A stretch of DNA of 45,085 bases from a virus (lineage: Duplodnaviria > Heunggongvirae > Uroviricota > Caudoviricetes): the IMG/VR virus record IMGVR_UViG_2718217859_000005. One strand, given 5' to 3'. The position numbers were made by a program, and so were the translations under genes. This document shows, piece after piece, positions 32,862 to 42,408 of this stretch. Below the pieces are notes generated by a model, which was not told the DNA's origin, ran no database searches, and was given only the letters and a program-made list of their open reading frames with translations. The first letter of the stretch is position 1, and each line of letters opens with the position of its first letter.

Positions 32862-35421
32862 TCTTGTTATTGACCTGAGTCTGGATGCGGTCCGTTTCGA
32901 TGAGCAGATAAGCCGGGTAAGGCGTCATTTTTCAGGACTGGATACCGACGCCAGAAAAACCGCCAGTGCTGTTGAACAGGGCCTGAGCCGTCAGGCGCTG
33001 GCTGCACAAAAAGCCGGGATTTCCGTCGGGCAGTATAAAGCGGCCATGCGTACCCTGCCTGCACAGTTTACGGATATCGCCACGCAGCTTGCCGGTGGTC
33101 AGAATCCCTGGCTGATCCTGCTGCAACAGGGCGGTCAGGTGAAGGACGCCTTCGGCGGGATGATCCCCATGTTCAGGGGGCTTGCCGGTGCGATCACCCT
33201 GCCGATGGTCGGGGTCACCTCGCTGGCGGTGGCGACAGGTGCGCTGGCGTATGCCTGGTACCAGGGGGATTCCACGCTTTCAGCGTTTAATAAAACCCTG
33301 GTTCTTTCCGGTAATCAGTCCGGACTGACTGCCGATCGCATGCTGACGCTCTCCAGAGCCGGACAGGCAGCAGGGCTGACGTTTAACCAGGCGAGCGAGT
33401 CACTGGCAGCCCTGGTGAATGCCGGTGTGCGTGGTGGTGAACAGTTTGATGCCATCAACCAGAGTGTGGCGCGTTTTGCTTCTGCATCCGGTGTGGAAGT
33501 GGACAAGGTTGCAGAGGCTTTTGGAAAGCTGACCACCGACCCGACGTCGGGACTGATGGCTATGGCGCGCCAGTTCCGTAACGTGACGGCAGAGCAGATT
33601 GCGTATGTTGCGCAGCTGCAGCGTTCGGGGGATGAGGCAGGGGCCTTACAGGCGGCGAACGATATCGCCACAAAAGGCTTTGATGAGCAGACCCGTCGCC
33701 TGAAAGAAAACATGGGGACGCTGGAAACCTGGGCGGATAAAACCGGGAAGGCATTCAAATTGATGTGGGATGCCATCCTGGATATCGGTCGTCCTGAATC
33801 CTCAGCGGATATGCTCGCCAGTGCGCAGAAGGCATTTGATGAGGCGGATAAAAAATGGCAGTGGTACCAGAGCCGGAGTCAGCGCCGGGGAAAGACCTCC
33901 TCTTTCCGTGCCAACCTTCAGGGTGCATGGGATGACCGTGAAAATGCCCGTCTGGGGCTGGCGGCAGCCACGCTGCAGTCGGATATGGAAAAAGCCGGTG
34001 AACTGGTGGCAAGGGACCGGGCTGAGCGTGAGGCGTCACAGCTGAAGTATACCGGAGAGGCGCAGAAGGCGTATGAGCGCCTGCTGACGCCACTGGAGAA
34101 ATATACTGACCGGCAGGAAGAGCTGAATAATGCCCTGAAAGACGGGAAAATCCTGCAGGCGGATTACAACACGCTGATGGCGGCGGCGAAAAAGGATTAT
34201 GAATCGACGCTGAAAAAACCGAAGTCGTCAGGTGTCAAAGTGTCAGCCGGGGAGCGTCAGGAAGACCGGGCGCATGCAGCCCTGCTGACGCTTCAGGCAG
34301 AACTCCGGACGCTGGAGAAGCATGCCGGAGCGAATGAGAAAATCAGCCAGCAGCGCCGGGATTTGTGGAAGGCGGAGAGTCAGTTCGCGGTACTGGAGGA
34401 GGCGGCGCAACGTCGCCAGCTGTCTGTACAGGAGAAATCCCTGCTGGCGCATAAAGACGAGACGCTGGAGTACAAACGCCAGCTGGCTGCACTTGGTGAC
34501 AAGGTTACGTATCAGGGGCGCCTGAACACGCTGGCGCAGCAGGCGGATAAATTCGCACAGCAGCAACGGGCAAAACGGGCCGCCATTGATGCGAAAAGCC
34601 GGGGGCTGACTGACCGGCAGGCAGAACGGGAAGCCACGGAACAGCGCCTGAAGGAACAGTATGGCGATAATCCTCTGGCGCTGAATAACGTCATGTCAGA
34701 GCAGAAAAAGACCTGGGCGGCTGAAGACCTGCTTCGCGGGAGCTGGATGGCAGGCCTCAGGTCCGGCTGGAGCGAGTGGAAAGAGAGCGCCACGGACAGT
34801 ATGTCGCAGGTTAAAAGTGCTGCCACGCAGACCTTTGATGGTATTGCACAGAATATGGCGGCGATGCTGACCGGCAGTGAACAGAACTGGCGCAGCTTCA
34901 CCCGTTCCGTGCTGTCCATGATGACAGAAATTCTGCTTAAGCAGGCAATGGTGGGGATTGTCGGGAGTATCGGCAGCGCCATTGGCGGGGCTGTTGGTGG
35001 CGGCGCATCCGCGTCAGGCGGTACAGCCATTCAGGCCGCTGCGGCGAAATTCCATTTTGCGACCGGGGGATTTACGGGAACCGGCGGCAAATACGAGCCT
35101 GCGGGGATTGTTCACCGCGGGGAGTTTGTCTTCACGAAGGAGGCAACCAGCCGGATTGGTGTCGGTAACCTGTACCGCCTGATGCATGGCTATGCGGAAG
35201 GTGGTTATGTGGGTGGTGCCGGAATTCCGGCGCAGATGCGGCGGGTGGAAGGCATTAATTTTAATCAGAACAATCACGTGGTGATTCAGAACGACGGTAT
35301 CAACGGACAGGCGGGGCCGCAGATGCTGAAGGCTGTGTATGACATGGCCCGTAAGGGGGCGCAGGATGAGCTCCGGCTGCAGTTACGTGATGGCGGTATG
35401 TTATCAGGGAGCGGGCGATGA
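32842..35421 (+). CDS. H: Tape measure protein (lambda gpH-like)
   Basis: 859 aa; near-colinear similarity to lambda H as recalled over most of its length. Confidence 0.9.
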   Translation: MSQPVGDLVIDLSLDAVRFDEQISRVRRHFSGLDTDARKTASAVEQGLSRQALAAQKAGISVGQYKAAMRTLPAQFTDIATQLAGGQNPWLILLQQGGQVKDAFGGMIPMFRGLAGAITLPMVGVTSLAVATGALAYAWYQGDSTLSAFNKTLVLSGNQSGLTADRMLTLSRAGQAAGLTFNQASESLAALVNAGVRGGEQFDAINQSVARFASASGVEVDKVAEAFGKLTTDPTSGLMAMARQFRNVTAEQIAYVAQLQRSGDEAGALQAANDIATKGFDEQTRRLKENMGTLETWADKTGKAFKLMWDAILDIGRPESSADMLASAQKAFDEADKKWQWYQSRSQRRGKTSSFRANLQGAWDDRENARLGLAAATLQSDMEKAGELVARDRAEREASQLKYTGEAQKAYERLLTPLEKYTDRQEELNNALKDGKILQADYNTLMAAAKKDYESTLKKPKSSGVKVSAGERQEDRAHAALLTLQAELRTLEKHAGANEKISQQRRDLWKAESQFAVLEEAAQRRQLSVQEKSLLAHKDETLEYKRQLAALGDKVTYQGRLNTLAQQADKFAQQQRAKRAAIDAKSRGLTDRQAEREATEQRLKEQYGDNPLALNNVMSEQKKTWAAEDLLRGSWMAGLRSGWSEWKESATDSMSQVKSAATQTFDGIAQNMAAMLTGSEQNWRSFTRSVLSMMTEILLKQAMVGIVGSIGSAIGGAVGGGASASGGTAIQAAAAKFHFATGGFTGTGGKYEPAGIVHRGEFVFTKEATSRIGVGNLYRLMHGYAEGGYVGGAGIPAQMRRVEGINFNQNNHVVIQNDGINGQAGPQMLKAVYDMARKGAQDELRLQLRDGGMLSGSGR

Positions 35422-35747
35422 AAACATTTCGCTGGAAAGTGAAGCCGGATATGGAGGTGATGTCGCAGCCATCGGTGCGTGAAGTGCGTTTTGGTGACGG
35501 GTATTCGCAGCGCATGGCTGCAGGACTGAATGCAGACCTTAAGACGTACAGGGTGACGCTTTCCGTGACCCGGGAGGAGGCCCGGCATCTGGAAGCGTTC
35601 CTGGCAGAGCACGGGGGCTGGAAGGCGTTTTTGTGGACACCGCCTTATGCATACCGGCAGATAAAAGTGAACTGTGCCGGGTGGTCTGCGCGGGTCGGGA
35701 TGTTGCGCGTTGAGTTCAGCGCGGAGTTTAAGCAGGTGGTGAACTGA
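35418..35747 (+). CDS. M: Minor tail protein (lambda gpM-like)
   Basis: 109 aa; MKTFRWKVKP...FGDGYSQR...FLWTPPY..RQIKV.CA.WS.RV.MLRVEFSAEF.QVVN. Confidence 0.85.
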   Translation: MKTFRWKVKPDMEVMSQPSVREVRFGDGYSQRMAAGLNADLKTYRVTLSVTREEARHLEAFLAEHGGWKAFLWTPPYAYRQIKVNCAGWSARVGMLRVEFSAEFKQVVN

Positions 35748-36445
35748 TGCAGGATATTCACGAAGAAAGTCTTGGCGAGTCGGTTAAATCAGAGCAGTCA
35801 CCGCGGGTGGTACTCTGGGAAATCGACCTGACGGTGCAGGGCGGTGGGCGGTATTTTTTCTGCAATGAGCTGAATGAGAAAGGGGAGCCGGTGACCTGGC
35901 AGGGGCGGAAGTACCAGGCATACCCGATTGACGGCAGCGGCTTTGAGATGAACGGGAAGGGCAGCAGTGCCCGCCCGTCGCTGACGGTGTCCAATCTGTT
36001 TGGCCTTGTCACCGGGATGGCGGAGGACCTGCAGAGTCTGGTGGGGGCCACGGTGGTCCGCCGCCGGGTGTATGCGCGTTTTCTGGATGCGGTGAATTTT
36101 GTGGCAGGTAATCCTGAGGCAGACCCGGAGCAGGAGCTGGCGGACCGCTGGGTGGTGGAGCAGATGTCAGAGCTGACGGCCATGACGGCCTCGTTTGTGC
36201 TGGCCACTCCGACCGAGACGGACGGGGCGTTGTTTCCCGGTCGCATTATGCTGGCGAATACCTGTATGTGGGATTACCGGGGAGATGAATGCGGGTATAA
36301 CGGTCCGGCAGTGGCGGATGAGTTCGATAAACCCACCACAGATATCCGTAAGGACAAATGCAGCAAGTGCATGCGCGGGTGTGAGCTGCGCGGTATGGTG
36401 GCTAATTTCGGCGGTTTCCTTTCCATTAATAAACTTTCGCAGTAA
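35747..36445 (+). CDS. L: Minor tail protein (lambda gpL-like)
   Basis: 232 aa; ..FPGRIMLANTC.W.YRGDECGY.GPAVADE.D.PT.DI.KDKCSKC..GC..R...NFGGFLSINKLSQ. Confidence 0.85.
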   Translation: MQDIHEESLGESVKSEQSPRVVLWEIDLTVQGGGRYFFCNELNEKGEPVTWQGRKYQAYPIDGSGFEMNGKGSSARPSLTVSNLFGLVTGMAEDLQSLVGATVVRRRVYARFLDAVNFVAGNPEADPEQELADRWVVEQMSELTAMTASFVLATPTETDGALFPGRIMLANTCMWDYRGDECGYNGPAVADEFDKPTTDIRKDKCSKCMRGCELRGMVANFGGFLSINKLSQ

Positions 36446-36455
36446 ATCCCATTTT

Positions 36456-37199
36456 ATGACACAGACTGAATCAGCGATTCTGGCGCATGCCCGGCGGTGT
36501 GCGCCTGCGGAGTCGTGCGGCTTCGTGGTGAGAACGCCGGAGGGAGACAGGTATCTTCCCTGCGTGAATACCTCCGCAGAGCCTGAGGCATATTTTCGTA
36601 TTGCACCGGAGGACTGGCTGCGGGCAGAGATGCAGGGGGAGATTGTGGCACTGGTCCACAGTCATCCCGGTGGTCTGCCCTGGCTGAGCGAGGCGGACCG
36701 GCGACTGCAGATAAAGAGTGCCCTGTCCTGGTGGCTGGTCTGCCGGGGGGCGATTCACAAGTTCCGCTGTGTTCCGCACCTGACCGGACGGCGCTTTGAA
36801 CATGGTGTGACGGACTGTTACACCCTGTTCCGGGATGCATACCATCTGGCAGGGATAACGCTGCCGGATTTTGCGCGCGAGGATGAGTGGTGGCGCAACG
36901 GCCAGAACCTGTACCTGGACAATATGGAGGCCACGGGATTTTACCGGGTGCCCCTGCCCTCTGCACAGCCGGGCGATATCCTGCTGTGCTGCTTTGGCGC
37001 ATCGGTGGCCAATCACGCCGCCATTTACTGCGGTAACGGTGAACTGCTTCACCATATACCTGAACAACTGAGTAAACGGGAGAGGTATTCTGAAAAATGG
37101 CAACGACGAACGCATTCTGTCTGGCATCACCGCCACTGGTCCGCATCTGCCTTCACGGGGATTTACAACGATTTGGCCGCCGCCTCAGCCTGTATGTGA
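36456..37199 (+). CDS. K: Tail assembly protein (lambda gpK-like, JAB/MPN plus NlpC/P60-like)
   Basis: ATG at 36456 (MTQTESAILAHARRCAPAESCGFVV...); near-identical N-terminus to gpK as recalled. The track ORF 36195..37199 starts too far upstream. Confidence 0.85.
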   Translation: MTQTESAILAHARRCAPAESCGFVVRTPEGDRYLPCVNTSAEPEAYFRIAPEDWLRAEMQGEIVALVHSHPGGLPWLSEADRRLQIKSALSWWLVCRGAIHKFRCVPHLTGRRFEHGVTDCYTLFRDAYHLAGITLPDFAREDEWWRNGQNLYLDNMEATGFYRVPLPSAQPGDILLCCFGASVANHAAIYCGNGELLHHIPEQLSKRERYSEKWQRRTHSVWHHRHWSASAFTGIYNDLAAASACM

Positions 37200-37741
37200 A
37201 TACGGCAGCGGAAGCTATTCGTGCCCTGTCGCTGCAGCTGTCGGGATTCCGCCGTCAGATGAATGAAGGCTGGTACCGGGTACGTATTCGCGGTGAGGAT
37301 ACGGCACCTGAGGCAGTGTATGCCCGCCTTCATGAGCCACTGAACCCGGGGGATGTCATTCATCTGGTACCCCGGACTGAAGGAGCCAAAAGTGGGGGTG
37401 TTTTTCAGACGGTGCTGGGTGCGGCACTGGTTGTTGCCTCCATCTGGATGCCGGGTATCGGTATTGCAGCCAGCAATATTATGTTTTCCATGGGGGCTGC
37501 CATGTCGCTGGGTGGGGTGGCTCAGATGCTGGCCCCGAAGGCAAAAACACCGGATTACCGGACAACGGATAACGGCAGACAGAACACCTACTTTTCCTCG
37601 CTGGACAATATGATTGCTCAGGGTAATCCTGTGCCGGTGCCATACGGTGAAATGCTGGTTGGTTCCCGACGGATATCCCAGGACATCAGTACCCGTGATG
37701 AAGGTGGTGACGGGAAAGTGGTGGTTATCGGCAGAGGATAA
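37097..37741 (+). CDS. I: Tail assembly protein (lambda gpI-like)
   Basis: 214 aa; ..RICL.GDLQRFGRR..; ..GAKSGGVFQ.VLGAA..; ..MLAPKA.TP...TTDNG.QNTYFSSLDNM.AQGN..PV.YGEM.VGSR.. Confidence 0.8.
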   Translation: MATTNAFCLASPPLVRICLHGDLQRFGRRLSLYVNTAAEAIRALSLQLSGFRRQMNEGWYRVRIRGEDTAPEAVYARLHEPLNPGDVIHLVPRTEGAKSGGVFQTVLGAALVVASIWMPGIGIAASNIMFSMGAAMSLGGVAQMLAPKAKTPDYRTTDNGRQNTYFSSLDNMIAQGNPVPVPYGEMLVGSRRISQDISTRDEGGDGKVVVIGRG

Positions 37742-37746
37742 AAAAA

Positions 37747-37778
37747 TCTCCCGTAATACTCACGAATATTACGGGAGA
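37747..37778. promoter_or_regulatory. 11-bp perfect inverted repeat hairpin (CTCCCGTAATA-8 nt-TATTACGGGAG) flanked by A-runs, in the I-J intergenic insertion
   Basis: Seen directly; A6 precedes and AAA follows on the plus strand (a T6 run after the hairpin if read on the minus strand). Confidence 0.4.
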
Positions 37779-37920
37779 AACGAATAGTCACCTTGATTAG
37801 TTAAGTTTTGACCAATTGCCTTTATCAGTCTGAAGAACTGTAAAAATGTGGAGTTATTCCTGCAACCGTCAGTTTCCGGAAATGTGAATAAACTCATAAT
37901 TTTTATTCAGTCATTATGAT

Positions 37921-37950
37921 ACAGGCATCCCCCGGGGTGCCTGTTCTTTT
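37921..37950 (+). terminator. GC-rich hairpin (ACAGGCA-TCCCCCGGGG-TGCCTGT) followed by a T-rich tract, about 35 nt upstream of J
   Basis: Seen directly; terminator-like or attenuator-like structure directly before the J start at 37985. Confidence 0.4.
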
Positions 37951-37984
37951 GTGCGTAACAGTTATCACAGTAAAGGGTGAGGCA

Positions 37985-40900
37985 ATGGGAAAAGGTGGCG
38001 GCAAGGCGCACACGCCAGTTGAGGCAAAGGACAATCTTAAGTCCACGCAGATGATGAGCGTGATTGATGCGATTGGAGAGGGACCGATAGAAGGCCCGGT
38101 GAAGGGACTGCAGAGTATCCTGGTGAATAAAACCCCGCTGACGGACACGGACGGCAATCCCGTGATACACGGTGTGACCGCCGTCTGGCGCGCCGGGGAG
38201 CAGGAGCAGACCCCGCCGGAAGGTTTTGAGTCCTCCGGGGCTGAAACTGCACTGGGCGTGGAAGTGACGAAGGCAAAGCCGGTGACGCGCACCATTACGT
38301 CCGCGAACATTGACCGCCTGCGGGTCACCTTCGGGGTACAGTCACTGGTGGAGACCACCTCCAGGGGCGACCGTAATCCGGCTTCTGTTCGTCTGCTGAT
38401 TCAGCTGCAGCGTAACGGTAGCTGGGTGACGGAAAAGGATGTCACCATTAACGGTAAGACCACCTCGCAGTACCTGACGTCGGTGATTCTGAATAATCTG
38501 CCTGAGCGCCCCTTTAACATCCGGATGGTCAGGGAGACGGCTGACAGCACCACGGACCAGCTGCAGAACAGAACGCTGTGGTCGTCATACACCGAAATCA
38601 TCGATGTGAAACAGTGCTACCCGAACACGGCCATTGTGGGCCTGCAGGTGGATGCGGAGCAGTTTGGCGGTCAGCAGATAACTGTGAACTACCATATCCG
38701 CGGTCGCATCATTCAGGTGCCGTCAAACTATGACCCGGAAAAACGTACTTACAGCGGTATCTGGGACGGGAGTATGAAACCGGCCTGGAGCAACAACCCG
38801 GCCTGGTGCCTGTGGGACATGCTGACCCACCCGCGCTACGGGATGGGGAAACGTCTGGGGGCCGCAGACGTGGACAAATGGGCACTGTATGCCATTGCGC
38901 AGTACTGCGACCAGCCGGTGCCGGATGGCTTCGGGGGGACCGAACCGCGGATGACGTTTAATGCGTACCTGTCACAACAGCGTAAGGCGTGGGATGTGCT
39001 CAGTGATTTCTGCTCGGCGATGCGCTGTATGCCGGTATGGAACGGGCAGACGCTGACGTTCGTGCAGGACCGCCCATCGGATGTGGTGTGGCCCTACACC
39101 AACAGCGATGTGGTGGTGGATGATAACGGTGTGGGCTTCCGCTACAGCTTCAGCGCCCTGAAGGACCGGCACACGGCGGTGGAGGTGAATTACACCGACC
39201 CGCAGAACGGCTGGCAGACCTCCACTGAACTGGTGGAAGACCCGGAAGCCATACTGCGCTACGGACGCAATCTGCTGAAGATGGATGCGTTCGGCTGTAC
39301 CAGTCGCGGTCAGGCTCACCGTGCCGGACTGTGGGTGATAAAGACCGAACTGCTGGAAACGCAGACGGTGGATTTCACGCTCGGATCACAGGGGCTGCGC
39401 CACACGCCCGGTGACATCATTGAAGTCTGTGATAACGACTACGCCGGGACCCTGACCGGCGGGCGCATTCTGAACATCGATGCCGCCAGTCTCACCCTGA
39501 CGCTGGACCGGGAGGTGAGGCTTCCGGAGACCGGTACCGCCACGGTGAACCTGATTAATGGCAGCGGTAAGCCGGTGAGTGTGGACATCACGGCACAGCC
39601 TGCTCCTGACCGGATACAGGTCAGCGCCCTGCCTGATGGCGTGGCGACATACGGGGTATGGGGGCTGAAAATTCCCGGTCTTCGACGTCGCCTGTTCCGC
39701 TGTGTGGCCATCCGGGAAAACACGGACGGCACCTTTGCCATCACGGCGGTGCAGCACGTACCGGAAAAAGAAGCCATTGTGGATAACGGGGCCACCTTTG
39801 AGCCGCTGTCCGGCTCCCTGAACAGCGTCACTCCTCCGGCAGTGCAGCACCTCACGGTGGAGGTGAGCGCGGATGATGGCCAGTATCTGGCGCAGGCGAA
39901 ATGGGACACGCCGCGGGTGGTGAAGGGTGTGCGCTTCAGTCTGCGCCTGAACCGTGGAAGCGGTGAAGACAGCCGTCTGGTGACCACCGCCATCACTGCA
40001 GACACGGCGCACCGTTTCAGTGGTCTGCCACTGGGGGAATACACCCTGACGGTGCGGGCGATAAACAGTTATGGCCAGCAGGGGGAACCCGCCACCACCT
40101 CATTCCGGATTAACGCCCCGGCAGCGCCTGCCACAATTGAACTGATACCGGGGTATTTTCAGATAACGGCAGTCCCGCGTCTTGCGGTGTATGACCCGAC
40201 GGTGCAGTTTGAGTTCTGGTTCTCGGAAAATCAGATTACGGATATCCGGCAGGTTGAAACCACAGCCCGCTATCTCGGTACGGCGATGTACTGGACAGCT
40301 GCCAGTATTAATATCAGGCCGGGCCATGATTATTACTTTTATATCCGCAGTGTGAACATCGTCGGTAAATCAGCGTTTGTGGAAGCTGTCGGCCAGCCGG
40401 TTAATGATGCTGAGGTGTATCTCAATTTTTTTGAAGGGAAAATAAACAGCACCCTGCTGGGGCAGGAGCTGAACGATCGTATTAATGCCTCGGCATTGCG
40501 CAGTGAAGTTGAGCAACTGGAGGATGAGATCAATCAGCAGATAGAGAGTGATATTGCTGAAGTGACCCAAAAAATCGGGGAGACAGAAAACAGCCTCACG
40601 CAGCTGGTTGCGAAAAAAAATGATGAGCTGTCACTGGGTATATCACAGGTGAGCCAGAGAGTGGATAACGTCAGCAGCGAACTCACGCAGACGGTCAGTC
40701 AGAGTAATGAGGAGAATGCACGCCAGATAGCGCAGGTTCGCCAGTATGTGGATCAAAAAAGCAGTGAAATCATGACGACAACGGACCAGAAGCTGGGAGA
40801 TCAGGAGGCCACCATCCAGCAGATACAAAAGGTTCAGACGGACACCAGTAATAACCTGAACAGTATGTGGGCCGTGAAACTGCAGCAGATGCAGGATGGT

Positions 40901-41677
40901 CGCCTTTATATTGCGGGTATCGGTGCCGGTATTGAGAACACCCCCGACGGCATGCAGAGTCAGGTGCTGCTGGCGGCAGACAGGATTGCGATGATTAATC
41001 CTGCAAATGGCAACACAAAACCGATGTTTGTTGGTCAGGGTGATCAGATATTCATGAATGAAGTGTTCCTGAAATATCTGACGGCCCCCACCATTACCAG
41101 CGGTGGAAATCCACCGGCATTTTCCCTGACACCGGACGGAAAGCTGACTGCTAAAAATGCGGATATCAGTGGCAGTGTGAATGCGAACTCCGGGACGCTC
41201 AACAACGTCACGATTAATGAGAACTGTCAGATTAAGGGGAAACTGTCAGCCAATCAGATTGAAGGCGATATTGTCAAAACAGTGGGTAAGGCTTTCCCGC
41301 GGGACTCCCGGGCACCGGAGCGGTGGCCATCAGGGACCATTACCGTCAGGATTTATGACGATCAGCCTTTTGACAGGCAAATTGTTATTCCAGCGGTGGC
41401 ATTCTGCGGCGCTAAACATGAGCGGGAGAATAACGATATTTATTCGTCATGCCGCCTGATAGTGAAGAAAAATGGTGCTGAAATTTATAACCGTACCGCG
41501 CTGGATAATACGCTGATTTACAGTGGTGTTATTGATATGCCAGCTGGTCACGGCCACATGACGCTGGAGTTTTCGGTGTCAGCATGGCTGGTAAATGACT
41601 GGTATCCCACAGCAAGTATCAGCGATTTGCTGGTTGTGGTGATGAAGAAAGCCACCGCAGGCATCAGTATCAGCTGA
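37985..41677 (+). CDS. J: Central tail fibre / host-specificity protein (lambda gpJ-like)
   Basis: ATG at 37985 ([22 protein letters not shown]...) with a GGTGAGG RBS. Similarity to lambda J as recalled through the conserved N-terminal two-thirds; the C-terminal receptor-binding region is divergent. Confidence 0.9.
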   Translation: MGKGGGKAHTPVEAKDNLKSTQMMSVIDAIGEGPIEGPVKGLQSILVNKTPLTDTDGNPVIHGVTAVWRAGEQEQTPPEGFESSGAETALGVEVTKAKPVTRTITSANIDRLRVTFGVQSLVETTSRGDRNPASVRLLIQLQRNGSWVTEKDVTINGKTTSQYLTSVILNNLPERPFNIRMVRETADSTTDQLQNRTLWSSYTEIIDVKQCYPNTAIVGLQVDAEQFGGQQITVNYHIRGRIIQVPSNYDPEKRTYSGIWDGSMKPAWSNNPAWCLWDMLTHPRYGMGKRLGAADVDKWALYAIAQYCDQPVPDGFGGTEPRMTFNAYLSQQRKAWDVLSDFCSAMRCMPVWNGQTLTFVQDRPSDVVWPYTNSDVVVDDNGVGFRYSFSALKDRHTAVEVNYTDPQNGWQTSTELVEDPEAILRYGRNLLKMDAFGCTSRGQAHRAGLWVIKTELLETQTVDFTLGSQGLRHTPGDIIEVCDNDYAGTLTGGRILNIDAASLTLTLDREVRLPETGTATVNLINGSGKPVSVDITAQPAPDRIQVSALPDGVATYGVWGLKIPGLRRRLFRCVAIRENTDGTFAITAVQHVPEKEAIVDNGATFEPLSGSLNSVTPPAVQHLTVEVSADDGQYLAQAKWDTPRVVKGVRFSLRLNRGSGEDSRLVTTAITADTAHRFSGLPLGEYTLTVRAINSYGQQGEPATTSFRINAPAAPATIELIPGYFQITAVPRLAVYDPTVQFEFWFSENQITDIRQVETTARYLGTAMYWTAASINIRPGHDYYFYIRSVNIVGKSAFVEAVGQPVNDAEVYLNFFEGKINSTLLGQELNDRINASALRSEVEQLEDEINQQIESDIAEVTQKIGETENSLTQLVAKKNDELSLGISQVSQRVDNVSSELTQTVSQSNEENARQIAQVRQYVDQKSSEIMTTTDQKLGDQEATIQQIQKVQTDTSNNLNSMWAVKLQQMQDGRLYIAGIGAGIENTPDGMQSQVLLAADRIAMINPANGNTKPMFVGQGDQIFMNEVFLKYLTAPTITSGGNPPAFSLTPDGKLTAKNADISGSVNANSGTLNNVTINENCQIKGKLSANQIEGDIVKTVGKAFPRDSRAPERWPSGTITVRIYDDQPFDRQIVIPAVAFCGAKHERENNDIYSSCRLIVKKNGAEIYNRTALDNTLIYSGVIDMPAGHGHMTLEFSVSAWLVNDWYPTASISDLLVVVMKKATAGISIS

Positions 41678-41743
41678 ATTTTATAACCCCAATACGGGCG
41701 CCAGAAATGGCGCTTTTTTATTGCAGAAAAGCGAGAGGTAATT

Positions 41744-42343
41744 ATGCGTAAATTATGTGCTGTTATTCTGTCTGCAGTAGTCTGGCTGGTCGCCGCTGGT
41801 ACGCCAGCGAGTGCAGCAGAGCATCAGTCCACACTAAGCGGCGGGTATCTTCAGTCCCATACTGATATGCCCGGAAACGATGACCTGAAGGGCATTAACG
41901 TGAAATACCGTTATGAATTTACGGACACGCTGGGGCTGATTACGTCATTCAGTTATGCCAACGCTGAAGATGAGCAAAAAACGCATTACAGCGATACCCG
42001 CTGGCATGAAGATTCCGTGCGTAACCGCTGGTTCAGCGTGATGGCGGGGCCGTCTGTGCGCGTGAATGAATGGTTCAGCGCGTATGCGATGGCGGGTATG
42101 GCTTACAGCCGTGTTTCGACTTTCTCCGGAGATTATATCCGCGTAACTGACAACAAGGGGAAAAAGCACGATGTGCTGACCGGAAGTGATGACGGTCGCC
42201 ACAGCAACACGTCTCTGGCGTGGGGGGCTGGCGTGCAGTTTAACCCGACCGAATCCGTGGCCATTGATATTGCTTATGAAGGCTCCGGCAGTGGTGACTG
42301 GCGCACTGACGGTTTCATCGTGGGTGTCGGTTATAAATTCTGA
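41744..42343 (+). CDS. lom: Lom/Ail-family outer-membrane beta-barrel protein (moron)
   Basis: Signal peptide; C-terminus identical to the lambda Lom ending as recalled (..[25 protein letters not shown]). Confidence 0.85.
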   Translation: MRKLCAVILSAVVWLVAAGTPASAAEHQSTLSGGYLQSHTDMPGNDDLKGINVKYRYEFTDTLGLITSFSYANAEDEQKTHYSDTRWHEDSVRNRWFSVMAGPSVRVNEWFSAYAMAGMAYSRVSTFSGDYIRVTDNKGKKHDVLTGSDDGRHSNTSLAWGAGVQFNPTESVAIDIAYEGSGSGDWRTDGFIVGVGYKF

Positions 42344-42368
42344 TTAGCCAGGTAACACAGTGTTATGA

Positions 42369-42397
42369 CAGCCCGCCGGGTTCAGGCGGGCTTTTTT
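42369..42397 (+). terminator. Rho-independent terminator after lom
   Basis: GCCCGCC-GGGTTCA-GGCGGGC followed by TTTTTTG. Confidence 0.6.
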
Positions 42398-42408
42398 GTG
42401 GGGTGAAT

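Noticed and set aside
36454-37146. Two long minus-strand ORFs (about 221-230 aa) antisense to tail gene K
   Set aside because: The plus-strand gpK homolog is unambiguous; the minus-frame translations are low-complexity Pro/Arg/Gly-rich.
39386-40044. Minus-strand ORFs of about 200 aa inside J, and similar ones inside stf (43050-43823)
   Set aside because: Antisense artefacts within strongly supported tail fibre genes.
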